From: an uncultured virus (IMG/VR IMGVR_UViG_3300024261_001453)
Taxonomy: Duplodnaviria; Heunggongvirae; Uroviricota; Caudoviricetes
Direction: 5' to 3' (one strand)
DNA length: 64,000 nt
IMG/VR virus record: IMGVR_UViG_3300024261_001453
A program made the position numbers and the translations under genes. Positions 19,271-30,100 of this stretch are shown here, in pieces (within the stretch, counting starts at the first letter, position 1; the number at the start of each line of letters is the position of its first letter). The notes under the pieces were generated by a model. It was not told the DNA's origin. It saw only the letters and a list, made by a program, of their open reading frames with translations, and did not search any database.

Positions 19271-21415
19271 ATGAGTTATACACCACCATTAGAAGCAGAA
19301 GTAACTGCATTTAAAACTACCGCACTTTTAGCAAATGGAGCGACTTACACTTCATCTGATGTAGATTGGGATGGAGATGTAAATGGTTGTTCACAAGTTC
19401 AAACAGAGATATTAGCCTCTCACGATGGTAATATTGATATTTCATTTTGTGAAGATTCAGCTTTTACAGATGTTGTTAGAACTATATCAATTCCTTATAC
19501 TGCAAGTGGGGGTTATCAATTCTTTGCCGCACCTGCTTTTGCGAACTTTATAAAATATGAGTTTACAAATAACGGTGGAGTAACACAAACAGATTTTTAT
19601 TATACTACTAAGCTTTTAACAACTGCAATATCTCCTCAGTTATTAACAACGGGCGCTTTTATTGCCCCCGCGATGGTTACTACCCTAAATAGAAGTATAA
19701 CAGTAGGACAAGACCCAAATGCTGTTTTTACAAATACTCCAAGCGGAGGAATAAGTGATGTAAATTCATCAGTTGCACCTCTTGGTGCAGGAGCAACATT
19801 TAGCGGAACATTCACCGACACTAGTGGTTATGCTTCAACTTCTATTTTTATGAAATCGGATCAAGATTCAGCCGCAGATGGACTTAAAATTATACATTCG
19901 AGTGATGGTGTTACTGATGAAAGAGTAATAAGTTTTACATATTTAACAGCATCAAATCCACAAGGACTTGTGTATATGATACCAGCTTCAACTAAATATT
20001 TTAGAGTTCAGTATATCAACGGATCCACCCCTCAAAGTTCATTTGTCATGAGTATTAAGAATGAAACATCACCACAACAAACAATAGCATTACCTGTTAA
20101 TTTACCAATTAAAGATGGCACTCTTTCTAATGTAACTAAGTCAGTTATAGTTGGTCAGAATGATGCAGGTAATTTTGAAAATGTCCCAATAGATACTAAA
20201 GGTCATTTAGAAGTAAACGTTACAAATCCTAATACCTCTTATGATGAAGTTCAAGTAGCACAACTTACTCCAGTATCTCAATTAAGTTTTCCATATAATA
20301 TTAATGCAGATATAGTAACTACTATTTTAGGAGGAAGTGGAACAGTTACACAAGGTGATAATATGGCTGTTCTTTCTACAAGCGTAGATCAAACCGCAGT
20401 AGAATCAGCAGCATTAGAAAGTAAAGAAACTATTACATTTAGAGCAGGACAAGGATCGTTAGCAAGATTTTCAGTCTTGTTTACAAACTCATCAAATGGA
20501 CCAACAAGCATTCAAGGAATGGGAGTAGGAGATGCAAATGATGGATATGGTTTTGCTCTAATAGGTTCAGTTATGAATATATCGTATAGAACAAACGGAG
20601 CAGTTGATACACCTCCTGCTAACCAGACTAACGTAGTACAGACCTTATGGAATAATGATGTGATGGACGGCACAGGAAGTGTGGATAATCCATCAGGAAT
20701 GTTATTAGACCCAACACTAGGTAATGTTTACCAAATTAGTTATGGAAGCGGGTTTGGTTGTATTAACTTTTCTATTGAAAGCGATGTAACAGGAAGAATG
20801 ATATTAGTTCACGTATTGCATCTTGCAAATATATTGGATGCTCCATCCGCCTACAATCCAACTTTTGCATTAAGAGCAGAAGTTTTCAAAGTAGGAACAT
20901 CAGATGCCAACAATTATGTAATGAAAGTTGCTGATATGTCAAGTTTCGTGGAAGGAAATAACTTACCAACTGGTCCTGTTAATGGATTCACAAACATAGA
21001 AGATACTAATAATACAACTGACGTACTAATGTTTACACTATATAACAATGCTACCTTCGCAAGTAAAACGAATAAAGTATCTTGTTTATTACAAAGTATT
21101 AGTATTGCAAGTGGTTCAGGTGAGCCTGGTGTAGTTAAAATAATAGAGGATGGTTCTTTGACTGGAGCGGGAACACCTAATGATATATCAACTGGAACAT
21201 CTGTTGTATCTACTGATATTACCGCAACTGCAATAAGTGGAGGTAGAGTACTATGGGTAGGTTCTGTCGCAAAAGATGGTGGGACCTCTGTTGATATAAG
21301 TAATTTAGGTATAAGAATGCGACCTGGTAGCCATTACACTGTTACTACTGCTTTGGTTACTACCGCTCAAAACAAAAAGATTTCAGCAGGAGTTGTTTGG
21401 AAAGAAGATTTTTAA
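19271..21415 (+). CDS. Putative structural/receptor-binding protein
   Basis: 714-aa beta-rich protein with a duplicated N-terminal module, downstream of the fibre genes. Confidence 0.55.
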   Translation: MSYTPPLEAEVTAFKTTALLANGATYTSSDVDWDGDVNGCSQVQTEILASHDGNIDISFCEDSAFTDVVRTISIPYTASGGYQFFAAPAFANFIKYEFTNNGGVTQTDFYYTTKLLTTAISPQLLTTGAFIAPAMVTTLNRSITVGQDPNAVFTNTPSGGISDVNSSVAPLGAGATFSGTFTDTSGYASTSIFMKSDQDSAADGLKIIHSSDGVTDERVISFTYLTASNPQGLVYMIPASTKYFRVQYINGSTPQSSFVMSIKNETSPQQTIALPVNLPIKDGTLSNVTKSVIVGQNDAGNFENVPIDTKGHLEVNVTNPNTSYDEVQVAQLTPVSQLSFPYNINADIVTTILGGSGTVTQGDNMAVLSTSVDQTAVESAALESKETITFRAGQGSLARFSVLFTNSSNGPTSIQGMGVGDANDGYGFALIGSVMNISYRTNGAVDTPPANQTNVVQTLWNNDVMDGTGSVDNPSGMLLDPTLGNVYQISYGSGFGCINFSIESDVTGRMILVHVLHLANILDAPSAYNPTFALRAEVFKVGTSDANNYVMKVADMSSFVEGNNLPTGPVNGFTNIEDTNNTTDVLMFTLYNNATFASKTNKVSCLLQSISIASGSGEPGVVKIIEDGSLTGAGTPNDISTGTSVVSTDITATAISGGRVLWVGSVAKDGGTSVDISNLGIRMRPGSHYTVTTALVTTAQNKKISAGVVWKEDF

Positions 21416-21487
21416 AATACACAACCATCCATATAATTTATAAACAGAAAAGTCTAGCGTTCTGTTTTTATATTTAATATATACTTT

Positions 21488-22234
21488 ATGAAACTTACTA
21501 AATATTTAGAATTTGTCCAGTCTGATTTAGAACCTGTTAAATCTTTCTATATTAAAGATGAATTAAACCCAAAAGTTTGGGAAAATGAAGAGATGATACC
21601 TGAGGTAAGAGAACAATTACTTCAAATTGCTCAAGATTTTTACGATGGTACAGATTTAAAGGCTGATGTTCAAGACATTATACTAACTGGATCTTTGGCT
21701 AATTATAATTGGTCGGAAAAATACTCTGATTATGATATACATATATTAATTGATTTCAAGGATGTTAATGATGATGAAGAATTGGTTAAGAAATATGCGG
21801 ATAGTGTTAAGAACATATGGAACGGATTACATGATATTGAGATTGGAGGATATGAGGTTGAAGTTTATATACAAGGTATAAAAGAAATACATAAAGCATC
21901 TGGGATTTATTCAGTTATGAATGATGAATGGAATGTAAAGCCGAGTAAAAAAGATTTCGAACCAAATGAAGAATTAATCAAAGAAAAGGCTAAATCAGCT
22001 ATGATGATGGTTGATGATTTAGAGGGAGATATCGATGAAGATAAATATGAAGAATTTCAAAAGAAGGTAAAGAAAGTTTGGGATAAGATTAAGAATTATC
22101 GTAAGAGTGGATTAGCTACACAAGGTGGTGAATTCTCTACTGGTAATTTAGTATTTAAGTTACTTAGAAGAAATGGATATATTGGAAAAGTTCTTGTTCT
22201 AAAGAGAAAATCTTATGATAATCAATTTAATTAA
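21488..22234 (+). CDS. Pol-beta superfamily nucleotidyltransferase
   Basis: LTGSLANYNWS..SDYDIH (GS...DxD) plus VEVY. Confidence 0.8.
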   Translation: MKLTKYLEFVQSDLEPVKSFYIKDELNPKVWENEEMIPEVREQLLQIAQDFYDGTDLKADVQDIILTGSLANYNWSEKYSDYDIHILIDFKDVNDDEELVKKYADSVKNIWNGLHDIEIGGYEVEVYIQGIKEIHKASGIYSVMNDEWNVKPSKKDFEPNEELIKEKAKSAMMMVDDLEGDIDEDKYEEFQKKVKKVWDKIKNYRKSGLATQGGEFSTGNLVFKLLRRNGYIGKVLVLKRKSYDNQFN

Positions 22235-22237
22235 ATT

Positions 22238-22933
22238 ATGGCTAGAATTTCAGAAATAGAAGAATTGCTTAAAGAAGTATTTGATGAGGAAAAGGGTGTT
22301 GTTAACTCTGTTGAATCTATTTATGAGTCACCCGAAGAAGGTGATTTTCTTAAATTGGTTATATCTATACATGGTTTAGTAACGGAAGATACTACTATCA
22401 TACACACAAAGTTTATATTTAAAGTTGATTTAGAAAAAAGAAAAACCGTAGAGGATTCTTTTATTTATTTATATGATGTTAATTGTGTTTATCATAAATT
22501 AGATTTCAAAAATATTATTGACTTGAAAGATAAGATAACTAATATTATAGAATCTAAAGATTTTGGAGAGGACTTACAAATACTTTCTGACTTCATTGAG
22601 GCACCTGCTATGTTCTTAAATTACTACATGAGAAGACACAAGATAACAGATTATTCTATTTTTGATGTGGTGTATCAACCAAAATTTAAGACTACTCCGT
22701 GTGATAAAACAACGTTTGATTTCAAAGTCAATATTAATAATAACTATGATATGGGATTATCTATTAGTAAGGTAGATCGAGATGAAGAAGAGAATGAAAT
22801 TGACTCCTATAAATTCCAATTTAGGTTTATGGATGATATAGAAACACTTGAAACAGATTCTTTGTCAAATGTTCACTTTTTTATCGGGTCTAATATCGCT
22901 AAGATGTTGGATAAAAAGTTAAAGAATAAATGA
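22238..22933 (+). CDS. Hypothetical protein
   Basis: 231-aa ORF. Confidence 0.75.
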   Translation: MARISEIEELLKEVFDEEKGVVNSVESIYESPEEGDFLKLVISIHGLVTEDTTIIHTKFIFKVDLEKRKTVEDSFIYLYDVNCVYHKLDFKNIIDLKDKITNIIESKDFGEDLQILSDFIEAPAMFLNYYMRRHKITDYSIFDVVYQPKFKTTPCDKTTFDFKVNINNNYDMGLSISKVDRDEEENEIDSYKFQFRFMDDIETLETDSLSNVHFFIGSNIAKMLDKKLKNK

Positions 22934-23580
22934 AACATCTAGAGAAATTTTATAACTATATTACGGAGTCTGATTCATATTCTAAAGATGAATTGAATGA
23001 ATTGTTAGTACCTATTAGGGATTTGGGTGTGTCTTGTGATATTGGTGATAAAAGAACAATAACAGAGGGTAAATTTTATGGTAGTGAATACATTAGTGTT
23101 GGATTTTCATTTAATGACTATGAAAAAACACCTGGTTTTGGATACCGAACCGATATTATGTCTGATAATAGAATATGGGATTTTTTCGATGAGTTAATTT
23201 CTTTGAGAAATAGGTTAGAGAATGATAAAATATTAATACATTTTTATAACACTAAGTATGGTAGTTATGGTGTTAGTATAATGTTTGTTACTGGTGAGGT
23301 AACTGATAATAAATTATTTGAACTAGAAAAGGTTTATAATGTATTAAGAACTAGATCTAATTCTGGTACAACAGATTTTTATTATAGTATGTTACTGAAA
23401 TTAAATAAAGAGGAACCCTCTATAAATATTGAGGTTTCTCAATATACTAGTAGGAAATTCAAATACTTTACTAGACAAATTGATATGTCTGGTTTTGATA
23501 TTAGAATTGTAATTATTGGAGCTGGTAGTTATGGTTATGGCGGTACAAAAGCAGATATTAAGATAACACCTAAAGGTTAA
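22930..23580 (+). CDS. Hypothetical protein with CTS-like N-terminus (MKHLEKFYNYITES)
   Basis: 216-aa ORF, ATGA overlap with the upstream stop. Confidence 0.75.
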   Translation: MKHLEKFYNYITESDSYSKDELNELLVPIRDLGVSCDIGDKRTITEGKFYGSEYISVGFSFNDYEKTPGFGYRTDIMSDNRIWDFFDELISLRNRLENDKILIHFYNTKYGSYGVSIMFVTGEVTDNKLFELEKVYNVLRTRSNSGTTDFYYSMLLKLNKEEPSINIEVSQYTSRKFKYFTRQIDMSGFDIRIVIIGAGSYGYGGTKADIKITPKG

Positions 23581-23770
23581 AACCCTCATCATGTAACCTA
23601 CTATCTGATAGATTTTTCACAACAATACACTTTTCATATTCTTCATCATTCTCAAATGAAATTAGAACTCTTTCTAATAAAACTTCTGAATAAGGCTTTA
23701 AGTCCTTATCATAAGGTTTACCTGATATAATTCTATTATAAATTTTGTTATTATCTATTATCTTAAACAT
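23570..23770 (-). CDS. Small protein with UVR-like EEYEKC motif
   Basis: Overlaps the end of the nuclease gene. Confidence 0.55.
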   Translation of the reverse strand: MFKIIDNNKIYNRIISGKPYDKDLKPYSEVLLERVLISFENDEEYEKCIVVKNLSDSRLHDEGFNL

Positions 23771-24884
23771 CGTCTTTTTTATTAGTGTAGTTTTCTTTAT
23801 AAATTTTAATTACTTCATCATACTCGTTTAATATACCATCCTTGAACTTACCATTATCATAGGTTTGTTTAAGTATGTACTCTTTTACATAGTCTTCGTA
23901 GTCTAGTTGTATAGATATATCTAAAGTCTCTTCATCCAATTCTATGATATCATCCTCACTTTTTTCTGTTATTAATGAAACATCATCTATATACTCAACA
24001 GATGCGAAATTACTACTTTCTAATATAACTTCCAATTTTCTTCTCAATTTTCTATTACTCATAAGTAATGAATTTGATATAGCTATATCAACATAATCTT
24101 TGGTGTTTTTTATCTCATCAAGACTCTCAACATCATCCTCATTTTCTACACGAACTTTCTTAAAACTAGGTGAATAAGTGTTGTGTATAAATGAAATTTC
24201 ATCAGTATCTAAATCCAACATTGTTATGCCTTTTTGGTCACCATAGTCATTTCTATCCATTTGATATAAACTACCAATAAACATAAAGTTTTTATTTTCT
24301 TGTCTTATATGTATGTGTCCAGAGAAAACATTCTTATATCCTTTGAATTCTTCAACATCAATCTTATCACCATTTCTATGAGCTATTGAATTTAGGTGCA
24401 TCTGACACCCATTTAAGTCTGAGTGACACAATAAGTAGTCTCCAGGACTTATACTTATTTGATCAATCATATCTCTTCGTCTTTCAATCCAAGGCATTAG
24501 AACGAGTTTTTGACCTCCCAATTCTAATGTTGTTGTTTCTTCATACACTTGAATATCTTTATTCATATATCCGAATAATCTAACTGAATTAACTTCATTA
24601 CTACCTTTATTCCATAAATCGTGGTTACCCACCATTATATGTAATGGTAATATATCAGACATTTCTTTAAGAATTTTCTCTACTTTGTTAATAACAATAA
24701 TAGGTAAACTATTTCTATTATCAAATAGATCACCTAAATGTATTAGTACATCACCTTCTTTAGCATTTTCTTTTAGATAAGGTATAACAAAATCATAAAA
24801 CGTTGATTCCATCATATTTAACCACTTATCTAAATTATTAAGATAGATACCAAAGTGTGTATCTGTTATCATGAATACTCTCAT
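23763..24884 (-). CDS. gp47/Mre11/SbcD-like recombination nuclease subunit
   Basis: DTHFG, GDLFD, GNHD, SGHIH metallophosphoesterase motifs. Confidence 0.9.
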   Translation of the reverse strand: MRVFMITDTHFGIYLNNLDKWLNMMESTFYDFVIPYLKENAKEGDVLIHLGDLFDNRNSLPIIVINKVEKILKEMSDILPLHIMVGNHDLWNKGSNEVNSVRLFGYMNKDIQVYEETTTLELGGQKLVLMPWIERRRDMIDQISISPGDYLLCHSDLNGCQMHLNSIAHRNGDKIDVEEFKGYKNVFSGHIHIRQENKNFMFIGSLYQMDRNDYGDQKGITMLDLDTDEISFIHNTYSPSFKKVRVENEDDVESLDEIKNTKDYVDIAISNSLLMSNRKLRRKLEVILESSNFASVEYIDDVSLITEKSEDDIIELDEETLDISIQLDYEDYVKEYILKQTYDNGKFKDGILNEYDEVIKIYKENYTNKKDDV

Positions 24885-24931
24885 ATAAAAACATTTCTTT
24901 TTTAATTATATGAATATTTAATATATAGTTT

Positions 24932-25090
24932 ATGAAATATATTAAGACTTTTGAATCTTTCTATATTGGATGTTGGATGATATTGGACGGTCACCATAGG
25001 TTATTGAAAGATATTAATAATGGTATTGTTAATATAAAGGATAGAATTTTGGACTTAAAAAGTTTTTTATCAAAAAATGATTTTTGGTAA
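24932..25090 (+). pseudogene. 52-aa ORF: CTS-like tag joined to a ParB/Srx fragment (probable deletion remnant)
   Basis: MKYIKTFESFYIGCWMILDGHHRLLK...; ILDGHHR is the ParB/Srx motif; not in the ORF track. Confidence 0.55.
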
Positions 25091-25179
25091 TTTATATATA
25101 CTAATAGAGAAAGGAGAGATTATAATATATAAATTATAATTTAACCAAAACAAATTAATTAAAAAATAATAAAAAGATA

Positions 25180-25800
25180 ATGGGATTACCACACTTTACA
25201 CAAGTAATAAATTCAGGATCACCAGGTGGACCAGGAACCTTACCGGATGAGGTTGTATATTTAAACCTTTTTGAAATAACTTTTATTTTACCAGTTATTT
25301 TACAAGCACAGGGAAGAGACCCAATTTTATTGCTACAAAACGCAACTAAGGTTGATTTAAACTTAACAGAGTTTGATTCTAGTACTGTACAACAAAGATT
25401 TAAATACTCAACTAGAGAGTTTATAACTACACCAACTAAAACTAGTGGTACTATAGCTATACCGATTCAAGTTAACGTAAATCAACAAGGTTCTATGGAG
25501 ACTTGGAACACTATGAAATCTTGGTACGATTTAATGTTTAATTCACAAAATGGTGCATTACACTATAAAAGTGATATGATTGGTACTATTATAGTTAATC
25601 AGCATGATAAGAAAGGTGTTGTTTTAAGAAGAGTAACATTTCAGAATTGTCAGATAACAAAATTAGGTGGATATTCACTCGATTGGTCATCTAATAATAT
25701 ATTAACTGAAGCATCAGCAGATTTTGTTTATGATTACTTTATTGATGAGTATATAGATCAAAACTTTACAATTAATCCTCCTTTAGTAACAGGATATTAA
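25180..25800 (+). CDS. Tail tube protein (gp19-like)
   Basis: NLFEITF, W.DLMFN, LDWS...ADFVYDYF; size; close to the sheath gene. Confidence 0.7.
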   Translation: MGLPHFTQVINSGSPGGPGTLPDEVVYLNLFEITFILPVILQAQGRDPILLLQNATKVDLNLTEFDSSTVQQRFKYSTREFITTPTKTSGTIAIPIQVNVNQQGSMETWNTMKSWYDLMFNSQNGALHYKSDMIGTIIVNQHDKKGVVLRRVTFQNCQITKLGGYSLDWSSNNILTEASADFVYDYFIDEYIDQNFTINPPLVTGY

Positions 25801-25822
25801 AATTAAGATTAATAAGAATAAT

Positions 25823-25857
25823 AAAAAAACCCACTCAAAATTTGAGTGGGTTTTTTT
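25823..25857. terminator. Bidirectional intrinsic terminator
   Basis: A7-CCCACTCAAA-a-TTTGAGTGGG-T7. Confidence 0.88.
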
Positions 25858-25890
25858 ATTATTGTCTATCCCCAATAGGTCGCCTAGTAT

Positions 25891-26142
25891 TTATAATTTC
25901 GGCATTTTCATGTTTTTTGTCATATCAGAAGCACTTTTCATCATAGAATTTGCATCGAAGTTTCCTTGTTGTCCATCTTCTTGTTTCTTCTGATTAGAAT
26001 CTTCTTCTTCAAGAATTTCATTTACTAACTTAACATTTTCTTCAAATAACCAATAAGGCCAATTGTCCATAGCTAATTCTTGTGTATGGAAATGTTTCTG
26101 TAATAATAACTTATTCTTTAAGATATGCTTCAAAGGCATCAT
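25891..26142 (-). CDS. Small tail/baseplate assembly protein (gp51-like or chaperone extension)
   Basis: Overlaps the upstream ORF in its +1 frame; MDNWPYWLFE resembles the M.PWER-type motif. Confidence 0.5.
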   Translation of the reverse strand: MMPLKHILKNKLLLQKHFHTQELAMDNWPYWLFEENVKLVNEILEEEDSNQKKQEDGQQGNFDANSMMKSASDMTKNMKMPKL

Positions 26143-27061
26143 GAATAACGAAAATACCTGAGGCTCCGTTGGGAAACGTCATATCTGTGAGGACCTCCAT
26201 TCCACACTCACCACATGATTTTTTAAGTTCCTTTATTCCAAATGTCATTTTACCAATTGCTGCGTTTAAGAATTGAAATGAAATATCATCCATATCTTCA
26301 AAATCTACAAGTTTAGATTTTATACCATCATATGATATGCTAGTTCTACCAGCTAACATAAATGGTATTATCTTCAAGAAAGCTAGATTAGGAGTTTTCT
26401 TTTCATTATTTTCTTTTATGATATAATCAGTAAAAGCTTTTTGTAAACCAATATTAGGTGGTGAAATTTCATAGTCTTTACCATTAACTGTTTTGAACTG
26501 GTATGTTTTTGTTGATAGATTTAAGAACTTAGATAAGTTCTCATCAACTTCGTGATAATTAAAACTATCTCTTTTCAATTCAACCTGAAATTCACTACCA
26601 CATCCACATCTTGCTGGTATAGCTAAGCTATTTCCTTGTTGAAATGTTAATTCTCTTATTAAGAATACAAGATATAATCTATCTTGGTCTTTAATTTCTA
26701 AATAAGATCCTACCTTACCATCTGTGTATTTAATCCTAACACATGATTGTAACATATCATTCATCTTCTCAACAATATCATAGAAGTTATTATCATCAAC
26801 CATTGAGTATGCTTGTATTTCTCTAACTTGAGCTGGTCTTACCATAAAAAGAGTACCTGTTGGGTAAAACTCACCACAAGGTAATTCTTTAACATCAAAA
26901 TTAAAGTATTGTAAATCATCAACTCTTGATCCTGATTTATTTTCTGAAATAAATGGTGTGTCAGTACTAGCTGACGCTGCCTCTTTACCAACTTCCAAGT
27001 CTGTTAAGTGTCTTTTTAAGTAGTCCTCTTCGGACATCTTATCTTGTTTTTTATCTGACAT
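26111..27061 (-). CDS. Baseplate hub/tail assembly protein (gp26-like)
   Basis: LPCGEFY, DRLYLVFLIRELT, two Cys pairs (CGC, CGEC); lies between the sheath and tube genes. Confidence 0.6.
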   Translation of the reverse strand: MSDKKQDKMSEEDYLKRHLTDLEVGKEAASASTDTPFISENKSGSRVDDLQYFNFDVKELPCGEFYPTGTLFMVRPAQVREIQAYSMVDDNNFYDIVEKMNDMLQSCVRIKYTDGKVGSYLEIKDQDRLYLVFLIRELTFQQGNSLAIPARCGCGSEFQVELKRDSFNYHEVDENLSKFLNLSTKTYQFKTVNGKDYEISPPNIGLQKAFTDYIIKENNEKKTPNLAFLKIIPFMLAGRTSISYDGIKSKLVDFEDMDDISFQFLNAAIGKMTFGIKELKKSCGECGMEVLTDMTFPNGASGIFVIHDAFEAYLKE

Positions 27062-27148
27062 AAAATTATCTTTATTTTTTAATTATATATTCTATATAAC
27101 TCTTCCTCTATTATAAATAATAATATACACTTTGTTTAGTTTAAAATG

Positions 27149-27177
27149 AAAAAACCCTCGAAATTCGAGGGTTTTTT
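27149..27177. terminator. Intrinsic terminator after the sheath gene
   Basis: AAAAAACCCTCGAA-a-TTCGAGGGTTTTTT. Confidence 0.88.
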
Positions 27178-27194
27178 AATTTATTTTGATATTT

Positions 27195-30100
27195 TTATGA
27201 GTTTTGAAACCCACCCGCGTTAATAGCTCCTGTTCTAAGTATAGTAATGTTGTTAACAATTATACCCATACCTTTGATTGGTTCTACATAAGTATCAATA
27301 ACACCAATTTGGTTATCAATAATTTCAGATGTGTTATTCTCTTCATCCATTTTGTTAAAGAAGTTGTATAAACCATTCTTACTTACATAAGTTTCACAAA
27401 TAACATCTGCTCTAAGTTTAATTTCTGCTCTTACATCAGGAGTGTTAAACTTCCATTGGTAGTCTAATAACATTCTTGATAATTCTCTTTCAAGTTCAAT
27501 AAGTACTTCTCTTACGTGTATGTAAGAAAGAGCTGATTTATAAAGAGTTTGAGCTGTATTCTCAGTTTCAATTTGGTAACCTCTATTTCTCTTGAATACA
27601 ATTGGATTCATTTGAGCTTGATTCAAGTATTCGATGTCTTCTTGTGTGAAGTCCATTTCTATACCAGAAGTGTTAGTAATCTTACCATTTGTTACACCAG
27701 CTGCTATTGTCCAAGGAGTAACAGATGTTATATTAGAAATATGCTTTCTCATATAAGTTGTTGCTACAAAGGATGCAGGTGGGAATTCTAATGGTCTACC
27801 ATTATCATTCACCGTAACATAAGGTGTGAAATAACCAACAGTAGTTGTACCTGCTCCATCACCGAATGAGTAAAGGAATGCTGGGTTACTTTCTGGGTCA
27901 CCTCCACTTGCTACATATTTAACTTGTAATGTACCTTCTGAATTAACAAATGATGGAGAAGATGAATTTTTGAACGATCTAAGTGATGGCATATTTAAGA
28001 AACCAAAGGCATCTAATCTATCACCACATATATCAACTAATTGTTGTTTTGATCTTTCGGTTAATCCTAATCCAAATGAGTCAATTAAATATCTAAAGTC
28101 TAATGCTTCTTTGTTAATTAAAGCTTTGAACATTGGAGTTCCTTTAGCTACTAAGTTAAGTACTTGATTTTGTTTATCTTCTGTTCCATCAGGTAAAGAA
28201 GCTTGTCTAACCTTGAATCCTTTCATAGTGATAGCTTTGTATGTTGTCGCATATTGGTCAACTGATACATATCTCATTGTTTGTACATCACCATTAAAAA
28301 CATAAGTAGCTATTCTAGAATCACAAGATATTTCAGTTAAACTAGCATCACCTACATATTGTCTCTTACTAAGAATTCTTGTTAATCTTCTTGGTACTTC
28401 ACCAACTGCAAGAGTTGTAGGGTCATAATAAGCTTCTAAGAAATCACCAACTTTTATTTCGGTGTATCTAGAACCATCTATTAATATCTTATTTGGTATT
28501 TGAATATATCCAGTAGGTAATTCTACTTCAACTGTTTGTTTGAAGTTTGTTTTACCTGATTGTATATAAAATGTGTTATTAGCTTGTATATCAACTGCTT
28601 CAGTTGCTAGTAATAACTCATCCATAAATTGAACATTCAATACGCCATCGTTATCAAGATATAATTTAAGGTAGTGTCTTCTAGAAGAATAGTTATAAAC
28701 TATACTCTGTGAGAATAAAGTTTCAGTCTCTACTTCCTCAGTTACTTGATAAGCGTAGAATGTACCGCCTAGAATACCATATCCTAATTTTACAGCCAAT
28801 TCATTTGGAGTATCTCCTGGCTCTACTGAGTTTCCTACTATTGTAAATGTTCCTTTATTTACTTTCGAAGTAGGGAACAATAATTGCTCAAATGTTTGTA
28901 AATCAATTTCATCAGAGAAGGACGCGACACTTGAATCAAATACGATATAATCATATCCAGCGTATGATGAAGTAGCTGATGTAGCATTTTCACCATCGAT
29001 AAATGATATATCAACTGTTGTTCCAAGAACATTAGTAGCACTCGCACTATTATCAACATAAAGTCTATTATCATAAAAGAAATCTTTTGTGTTAATAACA
29101 CCATCATAGTATTTACCATAAAGGTTAGAGTATTTAGCTACTACCCCAGAAGCTGGTGTCGAGACTAAATCAGTTGTTGTTACTTCGTCAGTACCTAATA
29201 TAAACTCATTATCTTCTGTATAGAATACTAATAAACCATCAGTTATTACATTTACTAATTCAACTGTTGTTAATCCAGTATTTAATGTGAATGATTTATT
29301 TTCTAATGTAGAAGTAACAATATCAGTTATAGTCATTAATCCCAAACTAACTTTAGTCATTGAATTATCCAATAACATAGTCATTTTATTTTTATTAGGA
29401 CTATCAATCAGATTAACCAATCTGTTATACATTTTGAATCTTCTATATTGTTCGTAGTTTTTAACATCTGATTTTGTATTAGTTCCTAAAAATTCAATTT
29501 TTAATGAACCACTTCCTAAATCAGTTATTGAATAATCGGTACCTAATCTAAAATCAAGGTAATCGAATGTCCCGCTATCACCAACTGTTACATCAGTTAC
29601 TCCACTCGATATGGCTGTTACGCTATCAATTGAACCTTGATAGACAGTAAAATCTATATACCCAAGTATAATATCACTTGTGTTAACCGATGGGTTAACA
29701 TTAGGAGTTAAGCTATTTACTAATACAACCTCACCAGTAGCGTCTAATACAAATGTTGATGTATAAGATGCTGTTGAGCTTGTATATGTATAATCACTAG
29801 CACTTATAGTAAGTGATGTAGTTCCTGATACCGGAATATGAGTATCACCTATTACTGCGAATGCGTTTGTTCCAGTAACATACTCTATTACTAAAGATGC
29901 TGATGATCCTGTTATTGGTGTAGATCTAGTAACATTATAAACAGACCCTTCACCGAAAAATCCAGTTCTATTATTACCATTCTCCAATATTCCACTTGAT
30001 AATGGTCCAATAGAACCATTTATCGGACCATCAAATGCATGTGATGCTTGACTTCCGTATGCTGAATATGTTCCTAACATAGCAGTTACGTTACCTGGTA

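Noticed and set aside
12997..19821. Antisense ORFs inside the fibre genes, and similar short antisense ORFs elsewhere
   Set aside because: They lie opposite long, motif-bearing genes and arise from codon bias.
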